Shown here piece by piece: positions 24,070-37,141 of a stretch of 56,927 nt of DNA. The notes under the pieces are model-generated. The model had not been told where the DNA came from, searched no databases, and worked only from the letters and a program-made list of their open reading frames with translations. A program made the position numbers and the translations under genes. Position 1 is the stretch's first letter. Each line of letters begins with the position of its first letter. The stretch comes from Trichosphaerium sp. ATCC 40318. Its lineage: Eukaryota > Protista > Tubulinea. The stretch covers positions 1 to 56,927 of the forward strand of contig JALMLS010000244.1 of the NCBI GenBank assembly GCA_038496445.1, in the 5' to 3' direction.

Positions 24070-26030
24070 AATGACACTCCTGGTTACTCACCAAAACTTG
24101 GTACGTAAACCTCCACGCGTATGTCTAACTCTTGTAGACATATCTCAGCGCATTTTAGACGCAAAACGTTGAATGCGTGTACTGTGTTTCTATAGCCTGC
24201 GTATGCGTTCAAATATTCCCTCATGCAATCGGCATACCTTCCTTCGGCCTTGGCAAATGCGAGAGCTGCTTCTAAGTGGAAATTAAGAACGATTTTATCT
24301 CATTTCATTTAGTACACTTGCCTGTGAATTGATTGTTTTTATGGACATATCCTATCGCTCCTTTTGTCCTCGCACGTTCATCAAAGGCTTGTTTCCATTC
24401 CAAAATTTTATTTTTAACTTCTTGATCTTCCAAACTCTCACGTAGTTGCAGTATGAGCTTTAACAATCCTTGTGAAATATTATTATTCTAAAATCATTTG
24501 TTAGTAGTTTGTCTATACTATAGTAACATACAGTATCTACATAAGATGATCTAAAGGCTTTCATCATCATATCAAACTCTTTAATATATCTTGCTATGAT
24601 ATCATGTAATTCAGCATCCTCGGTTTGTAGTGCCTCAAAGAATATAGATAACTTATTTAACGCTTCGTCAGAAGAGTGCTGTGCAAAAATATATGTAAAA
24701 TCTTCATGACTAAAGTGAAATTAATCCAACAAGTACCAGCAAAGAGAGCACGGCTTGGTACTTACTCCATAGAAAATATGACTTGAGCAAAAGGCATTAA
24801 TAGGCTCGTTATTTCTTCGTTTAATCTGACACACTGACGATCAAGTTTTCGAGCACTCTCAAGGATAGGAACTAAAGGATTATTGTTTAGTATCAGTTCA
24901 GTTGCTATTGTTTAAAAGTACCATTACGAAACTTTTCGTAAGTTGCTTTTTTTGTACAGTAATTGAGTTGTGCTTCTCGTGTATCGTTTGTAGATTCAGC
25001 TATTCTTCTAGATTTTCTCAATATATTAAAACCTTGAACAGCATGTCTAAGACTTTCAGAGTACGTCTGTCCATGATTAGTTTCATTTGATGTGTAGTAT
25101 TCATACTGACTTGGTTGTACCTTTTTAATTTGCGTTATATCACGTAAGACACGAATGTTTTCAGCTGTGACATAATGAAGATGTTCTATCAAGCCTGGCA
25201 TCTGGTCCAACAGCTTTACAATAGGATGATTTTCAAAACGCCCTAAATCCAAATATTAGTTTATAGTTGATTGTATCAACCTTTCTTACGTGATAATCTA
25301 GTTATACCCTTACTTGCAACCGCAGCTACCTGTCCATTTTGAGCAGCATGTGCTATTAAGTGTCAATTTGGCATTTTTTGTTGTTTTTTTCTGACACGTG
25401 ATTAGAAGTTTCAACATACCTAAACCGTGTACGTAAACCTTGGCTCTACCAAGTGCCTCTTTAACACACGTTATAAATTGAACTACAAACTCATAATCAA
25501 TACAATTAGGAAAGCCCTACGCAATTTTGAACGAACACGCGAATAACGTTTACGCAAAAACAAAGGTATGTACCTGCGCTAACGTGTCCACGATACGTAT
25601 AAGGTTATCAACGTATCTACGCGAATATTTAGCTCCTCAAGGTTTTGATTGACACATACTGTACGTAGCTAGGTGCTCTACCATCCGTGTTCTGCTACAC
25701 AGTTAAGGGACGATTATTCACATTGAATGAAGTAAATTGTAATGGGCGGATCAAGGATACTGCTTTGGCGCCTATTTCAGAGGCTTCTTCGCGTATTTCA
25801 AGCAAGTATTTCAAAATCATTTGTATTGCGTCGTATACTGGCTCCAGATCACTTTTGTACTTACGTACAAGACGCTCCTCGAACCATTTGCCGAAAGACC
25901 ACAGAGAAACCAATTTTATCTTTACATCCGTTGATTGGTGAACTTGTGGTTTTTCCGCCACCACCTTTTGCATCTCTACAATGTCAGCAGAGAATAAACC
26001 GACAAAACTCGCGGCTCCAGTCAAGTTCGT
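24070..26030 (-). CDS. Multi-exon helical hypothetical protein; ends approximate
   Basis: Several open minus-strand exons (24905-25252, 25695-26024 and others) bounded by GT-AG introns; no family recognised; phase unresolved near 25600-25700. Confidence 0.45.
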
Positions 26031-26161
26031 TCTTTAAAAGGCTAATTACACTTTTATAGCCGCCCAACGCGTAATTAGTATGATTTCAGGATGACAACGT
26101 TTGTTTCTGTTGTTGTAAACAAAATGTCATTACCGCAGTTCGAAATAGCCCCACGACACTA

Positions 26162-28640
26162 ATGAGAGTATCAAGTACGTATAAGCTGCGTTTGTACAAC
26201 TATTGTACAGTAAAAAAGTTCTTAACCCAATCAACGCGCAGCCAAGCTTCGAAAACAAGTGAGTTTCACTTTGAAAGACAAAAAACGCAAAAGTGTCCAA
26301 CAATCGCTTAACAGCCTTGGCGCATCACTTCGTGTTCAAATATTAGATGACTGGTACAAAGTGACATCAACAGAAATACGTACCCATGCCGATAAAGCAG
26401 TGAGCAACGAGTACGATTTCACACGTGACATTTTTTTATGATAACATAATCCCAATCTTCTAATGCATTGATTAGGTACAAAGATAATCCAATGTTGTTT
26501 CTTTCATCTTATCCCCAACATACATGGAATACAAAAAAACTAGCAATAGCAGGGTACGTTCTAGCATGGACAATATTGTTTCGGGAGTCTTACTGTGTAG
26601 TAGACACATTCATAGTTCGTATTGGACTGCTGAAAATATATACGAGATTCTCGATGATATCGCAAGAGATTTCAGAATCAAAGCACTGGATGATTGGTAC
26701 AAAGTTAAAATTACAACTCTACAGAGTCATAAAGCTGGAAAAGCACTACTAACATTGTACGCCAACATTACTTGGAGCCGCAGTCTCTTATTCATTCCTT
26801 AGTCACAACAACTCTATGGCATCTTTACTGCTTTCTACATATAAAGACTACGAGTGGGTAGCTGCTAGGTTAGAGTAAGTTATTCACAATCTCAATAATA
26901 TGAACCCGCCTCATCTTTTGCAGACCACGCAAAACAAGTAAATCTAATGATAGTCGCCACACAATGAACGCAATTGGTAAAATACTAAACGTTAAAACTT
27001 TGGACGATTGGTATAATATAACATCACAACAAGCATCCTTGAATGGTGCAAGATCGTTAATACAAACGTAGAAGATGCTACTCTTACATGTTTGAACTAA
27101 CTACATTTCAGGCATGGTTTATTCTATACTACAATACGGGCTGTATACCCAGAGTACTCGTGGAATCCTCTTTTATTTGCGTACGGGAAATTATGACGGT
27201 CAATTACTAAATATAAAGTTTAGGAGTGTACCTCGGTGTCACTGGCACTCTGTAGACAATCAACGTGATATGTTAGTATTCATGTCGCAGAAGCTCCAAG
27301 TAAAAACATTAGAAGGGTGGTACACTATCACAAATCAAGACATTCTCGATTTGGGCGGATCAAGCATAATGTCGATGTAATATTCAAAAAAATTTCTCAT
27401 TTTTTTCTCATCATTCATAGATATAAAGGTTCCTTGTCACGTGCCCTAGTGTCAATATTCGCTGATTACGATTGGGTAAAATGGAAATTTACGTACGCGT
27501 GCAACTTATTATTACTTTTTTGTTCACGTGATAAATCAGAAACACGCCAAAACAATTCCACGACGAAAACGAATTATATAGTAACAAGATGGAGTTTGTC
27601 GCAGAACAACTTGGAGTCAAACTTTTTTCGGATTGGTATGCTGTATCAATGCGAGATGTATATACTGTAGATAACGCTGGTCCATTGATAGGAAATAGGT
27701 AGAAAGAGCCATGTTGCAATAGTTTGTTAATTTTTTTAGATACAATGGATCTATTATACAAGCTTTGAAGGCAAATTATCCTAGTGAACTATGGCACTTA
27801 GAAAAGTTTCTGTATGCTTGAAGCTTTTACTAAGAGGAGTATTGATATTTTCTAGTTATGACAATAGCCGCTATGGCTATATTGATCGTGCTACCTATAG
27901 CAAGCTGTACTATGAAATTGATGAGATGGTATTTGATAGCGCGTACGAGTTTGTCAACTTCGGGTTTTGTTATAGTCTTACTAGTGTATAGCAAGCAGCT
28001 TATTAAATTTAAACGGTTAATAAGGAACCTCAACATTACTAAATTGAAGCAATGGTATAGTATAACATGGAGTAATTTAATAGACACTGAAGGTGGATGG
28101 CTACTTCTCAAGTACGTAGCGAACGCTATAAAACCAAAAAGTAAACACTTATACTCAAAGATTTCGTGGCTCATTGAGACGTGCCTTGGAAGCTATTTAC
28201 CCTGGAGTTACATGGGATGCAAAACAATTCAAATTCTCGTAAGCTATTAATCAAATACTAAACTAAACAAGCAAAGGCATGCGCCCTCGGGTTATTGGTA
28301 TTCAAGGAACAACGTGTTACACTTTTTGCAGCATGTAGAAAGAAGCCTGCTGATCAAGTCTCCAAACGAATGGTGCGTTTAGTGCAATCTAATAAATCAA
28401 CTCTTAAGTATATTCCGAATAGGGCACGTGTATCTTTGATCCAAATTGTAGAGCTTGGCGGTACTAGTGTTGTATCAAAGTATCCACAAATACTGGAACG
28501 CCTCCACCCCAGTCATCCTTGGGATTGGTCTACGTTTGAATTGAGTGATAAACGTGCTTCTCAAAGGTACTTTAACTTTTTCTATCTATCTTAACTCTTA
28601 AAACAGGCAATTACTTGCTTGCACTCGTGAGATTCTGTGA
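26162..28640 (+). CDS. Tandem-repeat protein (~70 aa units with IK.LDDWY.IT...GG..LL..Y.GSL..AL...YPE..W...F), without the usual C-terminal nuclease
   Basis: About seven spliced repeat units (QILDDWYKVT, KALDDWYKVK, KTLDDWYNIT, KTLEGWYTIT, KLFSDWYAVS, TKLKQWYSIT, KSPNEW); ends DKRASQRQLLACTREIL*. Confidence 0.7.
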
Positions 28641-29399
28641 TAGTTGAGAACAGATCGGAGCACATTTAAATGACTCAGTTTGGGTGAGTTTAAGCGACGT
28701 AACGATCATGCTGGTCTCTTATTGATTACAATGCCACTCAAAACCATACCATACTGCATTTGTAGAAGAGCAAGAAGCATAAAGTAAACTCTTTATGGAT
28801 AGTAAAATTTTATTTCACAGCTCTTGAACTTACATTATCTTCAAATGACTTACAAAAGTTTACCTGTAAACACCTGTGTTGCTACAAGGTATTATAAATC
28901 GGAAATGCTCAAAGCATCTTTTTGAAGAACATAGTCACAATTTTATGTGTGAACGTTAAAGTCAGTTTTAACAAATCCAAAGTCATTCGGCACCTATCAC
29001 TAGTAATTCTCCAGGATGTTGTTTTTGATCAACCTAAATGATTAGCTGAAAGTTTATGGTCATAGAAGTCATGAGAATAGGTTTATCACAACGTGGAGCA
29101 CCAAAAATGTTGCAATTGAGTGTAAATTTTTTTTACCACTTTGGTTTTGTTGCATTTGTGGTCTGTCAATCAATACCTGTCTGTTTCCTTGCTTGCTAAG
29201 GTTCACTGTACTACAATATCTTTATGATAATGATATTTTCTTGTTTTCTACCTTTTCCGGGGTCAGGTAAGCACGTCCTTAAAAAACTTTTGTATAAAGT
29301 TCGTTACACATCACTGAACCAAAGGTTTACAAAAATTTCTAAGAAAGTCACTGCTACAAGATACAAGAAATAATGCCGACAAGGCTTGATTCAACACGT

Positions 29400-30270
29400 A
29401 ATACATACGTACCCTCAAAGGTTAACTTTTCGTCATTTACATAAAGAGGTAAGTACCTTCCCAGGATTCTTCTCTACTGATTGTTAAAGTTTTGTTTGTT
29501 CAGTTTACCGCTTAGAGTTACAAGCTACACGCCCGAACCGCAGGTTCACTCAAACCAGGGTCTTGATGACGGGATCATCATCAATGACAGTAAGGTTCAC
29601 TGAGGAGACTTCCTAATTTGGGCTAAGCAAGTCCCAGCTGTTAATGGAACTGACAAGTCTTAAAGTCTCACAACGTGGGATAAACGGCTGTCTGGCACAA
29701 AGTATGGAGAAGTTCAAAGGCAGTTGGAGGTCAAATAGCGAACAAAAGCAATGTAGTAGAGGGAAAACAATTTATTATAGGTCAGTGAACTGTTGATGAC
29801 GTAGAACATTGAGCGTGTAGCATTTGAATAAAATTTTGTAAATGTTGGTCACCGAGAGTAGTAAACCTAATATGCATTAGAAGTGAGAAAATAGCAAAAC
29901 AGATTCAACAAAAAAGGGTTGTACGTGTTGGAAAAGGATCAACAAGAGCCAAACATAGCCAAAGCAAGAGTAAGGTGCACAAAGGCTCAGTTAGTGATTG
30001 GATTTAAGAAAGTTACGACATACCAATTGCAAAACAATCGAAAAGAAATCCAAGTGAGAATATAAAGAAAGTTAGTACTTGATAAAAACAAAAGAAAGAC
30101 GTACCGATTGCGAAGCAATCGAAAGAGAATGCCAAGATTGAGTCCTATAATGTAAGCAAGGTTGTAATAGTATTTATTAGGAAGCTATTCAGATGATTGA
30201 AGAAGAGCTATTTCATAAGAAGTGCTATTTTATAAGAAGTGCTAATATATAAGAAGTGCTATAAGATCCT
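29400..30270 (-). pseudogene. Decayed multi-exon gene remnant with duplicated micro-exons
   Basis: Two similar short exon-like units (SFDCFAI / LFDCFAI, each followed by GGTA) at ~30023-30145; surrounding frames have many stops. Confidence 0.3.
30198..30262. repeat. 17-bp tandem repeat with core ataagaagtgcta, three copies plus one degenerate
   Basis: ataagaagtgctatttt ataagaagtgctaatat ataagaagtgctataag; the related word gaagtgcta is duplicated at ~6327-6349. Confidence 0.85.
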
Positions 30271-33200
30271 ACAAAAAGGGGTTAGCAACAAAGGCACATT
30301 TCAATGCCACAATATTGCTTAAGCACTGTAAGAAGCCGCCTGATTCGCATGGTGAAAATACGCTTGTTGATTTCTTGCAAGCGTTTTGTGCTTCTATATC
30401 AGAGCGCCCATAGTCAGATCTGCTATACATCCTGCTGGTCTGTTTCCCAGCTGCAAACGACTTTGCGGTATCACGTCAATACGAAGCCATTACTACATTC
30501 ACAAAGCATAGTTAGTGTTTTGCAAACTTCTTAGTAGATTTGCCAATAAGAAACAGTCAATATTATAGAGGTATTTTGTTCATGGTTGCATTGGAAAGTA
30601 TGTTGTGAAGGCCATATGCCGAAAACAATCTAAAAAAAAAAGAAAAGGAAAAACACCAAAGGGAAATAAAGGATGCGTCTCTGGCTTCGTTGACCCATCT
30701 AAGAGCTTATAGCGTTTACAAGAGAATGTGACATAGTGACACCAAACGCAGGCTCTGATTTTTTGCTTGTAGGAACCACGGAAACTAAATAAAAAGAGTA
30801 ATACACAATGTAACAAGCATTTTTAAATCCAACAAGTTTCACAACAAAATGAATCATACCCACTACCTTATATTGTGCGTACTCAACTAGGTCAACGCAT
30901 GCTCCATGATAATAAAAAAAGCGAAAACAGCATTGCACACTGTGTTTGTCACTGCCATGGAGATATCAACCAGTGTCAACGACAAAAAAAAACAAATATA
31001 GCGTAAGCAATATAAATGTTGACAAACGACGGTTTAGGTCTTTTTGTTTGTGTGGTCATTGGTTCCCTACATGGCTATCAGTAACATGTTTGAGAAACGT
31101 GTATGTACGTAACGTATGCGACCAAGCGTGTGGTGAGTGCGGCCAATCGCAGGTTGGTAAATCAGCATTTGTAACACCCTCGCTGACTTTTGGTTAGGCT
31201 CGTAGACAATAATCTCCTTCTTCTTACCAGCCACTAGCACCTTCCCACTGGACACAACAAAAAAAAACAAAGACTCAGTATTTTGTTTTTGAGCTTTTGT
31301 TGTTCGCACCAGCACTCGCCAGTTGGGTCTTTGTCCTCTCGCCATCCTGTGCACGCAAGTTAATATCAAAAAAAAACCCAATAAAAAAGTAGAATTTGTC
31401 AAAAAACACGTACTCTATCTCTTCCTTAGTCACGTTCCCAATGATGTCGCAAGTCTCATCTTGACTGACTTCTGAAAAAAACATGGTGTCTACTTGAAAT
31501 TTAAACATACTACTCTTAAAATTGCAGTATCTTTGCCTTGATTCAGCAAAGCCCACATGGATGCCTCAAAGCAAGAATACAAGTAGATATCTAACAAAAA
31601 AAAAAGTAGAATTCCAAAAACTGTTCACGTGGAACGTGCTTAAACCCAGTATTGACGTGCCTTTGCTTTTAACACAAGAGAATGGAAGATACTATGGCTG
31701 ATATGGTACTTTCTACACAGAATTAGCATGATAGGAAAATTTCAAAGGAGTCTCAGTGATACCTGTGTCCAGTTATCCTTTGAAACGTTGATGTTTGCAT
31801 ATTACAGTTGTGTTTAGCCTAATACAAACAATTAGTTACAATATACGATAAACAAGTGGGCTTTGGTACGGAGTTGCTGCTGTATGAAGAGAATTGTATT
31901 GAAGTGATTGATTCCTACTTCACGGGGTTTTTGAGCACCAAATAGCACGTGAAGCATGTATGCTGTGTCTAGTTTTTGAACCCCTACACTCAAGCTTTTC
32001 TTTGGTGATATCAATGCCGTTGCATATGTAATGCCACTGTTTTTTCTTACACTATTGTTAGCATCACAGTGGCTCATGCATTTAGGAAAGCTGTACCTGT
32101 TGTTTGTGCTCATTGAAAAGTTGGAATTCAGTAGAAAGTGAGTAAGTTTGACAAGTTGATTTAATGAAGTAGTCAACAAAATCTGAAAGTTAGTTTTAAG
32201 GTAACTTATTATAGTTAGTGTACCTATACCGGATAACTTAATGAAAAAGGTACGAGTGATCCCTCAATAGACACAAACTGTGATACCAGATCACTGTTTA
32301 CTAGGCAACATAGAGAAAAAAAAAACCCTAATCTTTCATCAAAAAAAAAAAATACCTTTTCTAACATCCTCAAGTCATTTGCCAAAACTCAAGAAGCCTT
32401 TGATCACGTGGGTACTCTGGTTGTTGGTAGATGGTACTTCTGTGGTCCATGAGGCTCTGAGCCTTTGCTGAGTTCCGTCATAGTTGAAAACACGAGGCAT
32501 TCTACCCAGATTGCCTAATCTGTCTAATAATTCTCCTGGGTTATCCATAATGTTGCTTGTGTTGCTTGTGGTGTTAGTGGTATTATGACCGTTACTTGTT
32601 GTTGTTCATTGAATAGTGCCTTTGACCACATAGACAATAGCTGCTATTAAAATGGTTTACTGAATGGTACACTTAGTTTATTTAATTGCTGAGCACCAAC
32701 AGTACGTAATCTGGCTCTACAATGTGGCGTACTACAAACTCCGATTTTTTTTTTTCAACCAAATCCGAGACACATTTGCTACACACCACAGCTATTTGCG
32801 ACTTTCCTGCTATTACCAATGCATTTACTACGCCAGTTACTATATTCACAGTAAGTTTGGTACCTTGCCAACGGTGTTAAAGCTAAACAAGTTTCTGTGT
32901 TTGCTAAACAGTATTTGATCATTTAATATGTTATAAACGCCTGTTTAAACGCATATCAAAACCACAAATGTTCCTTTCTGTATATGGTTTTTTAACTTTG
33001 TACTCATAAGAAAACTGTGTATACAGCTTCTTACTGTGTTTTTATGTTATATTGCAGTTTTAAAGCGTAGTAATGCAGTGTGAAGAAGAAAATCAGATTC
33101 TTCAAAATATTAAAAATTACTTGAAACACAAAAATCTTTGCGCCAACATTCAACAACCTTCTGAAAACAATACCAACTATTCTAACACTACATATATAAG

Positions 33201-35235
33201 AGCCTGTACTGTATGAAAGTTAAAGGCTTCCTTTATACTACAAAACAAGCAAAGTTGTTACCATACACTTATTTACGCATAATATAAACTATGGCGCTTA
33301 TTCATTACAGTTTAACGGATGTTTCCAAATTAGTAAAAAAAAATAAGTGTGTGATGTTTACACGGTGCCTATAAGCATGTTTAGCATATTTACAAGCCAA
33401 TACAACTGTAAGCAAAGGGATTTATTTTATTTCACGAATAGAGCGTACCTTTTAACGCAACAAGGCTGTCTTAGGCAGCTCATTTTTTATGCATAGCGAT
33501 TTATGTTTATTACAACCACATAGCATCGTTAGATCGTGAGAAATCTGCATTATCGTTGAAGGTTTTTGACCTTACCCTGAAACTATATTTGGAAAGTTTG
33601 AGTTAAGCGATGTGGTTTTCAACTGATCTTTAAACTCTTTTATACGTTTTAGTACTTTAGCAGTAGTTTTCACTGTATCAAACAAACGCTAGTTTGCAAA
33701 ACAGGCCCTTGTATTTAAAACGCATTAATCTTCTTAAGGTGCGTTTACATAAGTGTGTAATACACTTTTGGGAGCATAAAAGTCACTGTAGTGTCAAACA
33801 AACCGAAAAATCATAAAACTCCCAAAAAAAGTGTTTAAATTGTGAAAACAAATATATTTATAGCCTCAATAGCGTTTTGTAATGGCTAATTCGCATTTAA
33901 CAGAAAAAAAAGTTGGGTACTGTTGTAACAAAAATACAAGGAAGGTAGACCTCAGAGTATCTTAGGACGCATTTTAGAGGTGTTTCAACGTACGTGCAAA
34001 GATTTAAAGCCTGTTTAAAAAATAAATCCCTTGTTGTTCTTAAAAGTACTGTGCACCTTGTTTTCACAGCGTTTTTATACCCCACACATACTTTATATGC
34101 ATTGTAAATAGTAAAGTACAAATACTATGTTTCTCATCCATCGTTATTGTTCATATTCCACTAACACGCTTTTCTATAGTATTTAAACTGCTTAGTCAGT
34201 GGTAGGCGTTGGTAGGAAAAAGTTGTCACATTTTTTTTTCTACCTTTAAACTGAACACAAAGCTGCAACTGTGTACATACATGGAAAAGCATGTAAAACC
34301 GTTATTGAAGGTATAAAGAAAGGCATTAAATGCCTCATAAGCTTAAAAACGTAAATATAGTGCCGGAAAAAGAAGGCCGTTTAGGCCGGATTGTCCTTAA
34401 AACGAAGGAAACAAAAAGGAAATGGTTTGGAGTGGGTGCGGCGTACACACTAAAGCTAACGTGTGTTAACTAGCCCTCTCCTTCCTCTTCCTCCCCTTCC
34501 TTTTATAAAATAAATGCAAAAAATTGTCAAGCTTTTTTCATCACCACCAACAACTTGCTTCAAGTCACCATCATACGGTACTTGGTTAGGTAGGGAGGGT
34601 CGTCAACCAGCATGGTTTCAGCAGGTTGCTGTTTACTGAGATCAATACGTGTATCCTGCTACCCCTTGGTGAAACAGGGCACTCTTGAGAGGACATATTT
34701 GTACCGGAAAGAACAACTGGCATTTGACGATTGCTTACACTAACAATTTGGAGAAAAATCCTTTTATTGATCGTCATTTTGATCAAAATTTAATTGTGGT
34801 TTTTGCTCGTTTCTTCTAAAACCCTCCCACACGATAGCCACGACCTATTTACGCATTATTGGTGCGTTTTGCATCATATACGGAGATATTCGAGTTTGGT
34901 TTGCGCATTGTGAAGCAGTGTAGTAACAGAAATAAAAAAAAAAGGATAATTTCATACTTTTCGAAAACAAAAATTCTTCCGTGAAAGTCATTTATTGGCT
35001 ATTGAACCTACAAAACTCCAGTTTTTGTCATCACGTTACCTTCTTCGCTTTCCTCTTTCGAGGACTTGTTAGATTTAAAAGACTTCTCTATTCTTTTTGG
35101 AAGACTTGTCATCTCCAGCTTCTGATTTCGCTCTACGAGAGCTCTTCTTACGACTGCTTCTTGATGCGCGAATAGTTACAGATTGTCCGCTGGGGAGGAT
35201 ACCTCATCCTTGCTATTAATACGTGCGCCACAACG

Positions 35236-36087
35236 CATGACTGTAACAGATTGTACTTTTGATTTACTATCATGCCAAAAAAAAATTATAGACGATACAA
35301 TCAACGGTAGCACATCAAAACCAACGCGAGAAATGGACAACGCACACGCTAACCCTGAAAACGATTTTTTGCAAAATCAAAAGGTTAATGCCAAACAAAC
35401 GGGCGCACTGGACAATAATCTATACAGAGGACGCAAGGATACGTCACCCACCAATTCGTTAGTCAGATCGCACCGTTTTACAATGGCCGAAAGAGATAAA
35501 GCATCCGCCATCGCCACAAAGCTCAATCGACTGTACGTAACGTTAATATACGCTAAATACAGTTGGAGATGTAGACGCACCATAAAAATTAAAAACCATC
35601 TAAACCAATACGTCAGTACAGCAAACGGCAGCTGCAATTTGGTAAAAAATAGCATCACACGTTCTTTTCAATTGATAGTCTAATCGTAAAACTGTCCTGT
35701 ATGTACAGGCAGCGCCTTCTTGCCTCCATTTGTGAGGTAAATGGTACTCGAAACTCTTTGGTGGCCTGCCTTAAACAAGCAACAATAAGCTTACAACTTA
35801 AAGTAAATTCTTTCAGCTCAGTACCCAAAACTGTTCGTCTAAAGTTTGTTTCAATCCTAATTCAATGTCAAAGAAAAGGTACGGCTCTTTTCGCTGATCC
35901 AGTTGCTCTTGCGTGTGTGAAAAACAAAGGCGCTTCGTTTTTTTAATTTTTTATGAATTTTTCGTTTAGCTCAGATAAAGATGAAGATAATGTTACAGAG
36001 TGGTATATGCACCCTGACAAGAGCTTTTTTCGTATTAAGTTGTCAGAAGAACAACTCGAGTGCGTTGACTTTTTCCTTTGCCATTGA
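35236..36087 (+). CDS. Hypothetical multi-exon protein; ends approximate
   Basis: Open exons at 35183-35683, 35701-35880 and ~35970-36087 with GT-AG junction candidates; no family recognised. Confidence 0.3.
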
Positions 36088-36181
36088 AACCTGACGTCCT
36101 GTAGAAAAATACGTAGAATTGAGCCAAAGCCACAAGCTTTGTTTGTACGTTTGGCATTTTTTTGGTAAAACGCTAAATTTG

Positions 36182-36720
36182 TTAGCTGCTCGACCCAGAA
36201 GATGTTGTTAATGCGCACGCATGCAGCCTCGAACTAGCCGAGGCTATAAATCTCGCCAGCGTTAAACTGGCACAAAGAATGGGTTGCGCACCTATTACCT
36301 TTAAATGTTTACCTGCGTGGAGCCAGTGCTTACAAGCACGGCGGAGCGCTCTTGCCAGGCGTTTGTACAGTATTATTAGTCCCGTAGCTTTTAGGGACGT
36401 TGTCAAAGAGATGAATAATGGCGCTCGTGCCAGCAACGCCTTAAATTTGACCAAGATGTCTCGTCAATCAGCGACCATTATTAGTGCCCTTGCTCAGGTG
36501 TAAATAAAATTTTTTTTTTTTCTCAACATTGTTGGAAAACTTGTCAAAGGTCGCTTTAATTTGTATCTGTACATTGCTTAGATACTGGACTCAAGCGATG
36601 CAGCGAACGTCCATAGATGTAGCCTGGAACAAGTCAAGCATAAATCTCGCCAGCAATAGGCTGGCAAAAAAATCGGTGCGAACCCTTAATAGTAACTCCT
36701 TGCAGTGTGGTTTGGCCAGG
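36182..36720 (-). pseudogene. Two diverged tandem exon-like copies (ASL.LARF...F.A......W V..L), disrupted
   Basis: ataaatctcgccagc...ctggca shared at ~36246 and ~36640; one copy has TGA where the other has TGG, plus an indel. Confidence 0.4.
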
Positions 36721-37141
36721 ATTATTGTCCTGTGGTATGTTAGACCGTTAGCGAGTATGCAATTGTGCATCTAATTAGTTCTATGTATAACCATAGCTCT
36801 CATAATGGCTGCCTCTCCACGCGTTTTCAACAGTCTTGCGTCTTCATTGTGCTCTGTTTTTTTCCATAACACGTACAAGCGGTTAAGGATCACGAACCAT
36901 TATTATTATACCATCACGTGATGTTGTCGGTTCGACGCTTTTATCTTAAGATAGATTCTAATCAACGCGAGCAAGAATTATTACTGGCTTGAAAACTTGA
37001 AAAAAGCCATCTCACGGCTTTGCAGATGGAGCTGTTTGAATTGAAATACCTTAACTTTTATGCGTAATCTTGCTTAGCTAATGGTCACTGAAACACGCCA
37101 TTTAACGCAGCGTAACGCGTATCAAACTAATTCGTGCTACC

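Noticed and set aside
24170-24200. RNTVH as another HEPN motif in the 24-26 kb gene
   Set aside because: The spacing is Rx3H and the flanking W/D/C pattern of the family is missing.
30198-30262. CRISPR-like array
   Set aside because: The 17-bp units have only ~4 variable bases and no spacers, and there are no cas genes in this eukaryotic context.
30600-34900. Short ORFs or a transposon in the long AT-rich stretch
   Set aside because: No transposase/RT motifs, terminal repeats or consistent exon chain were seen; treated as intergenic or decayed DNA.
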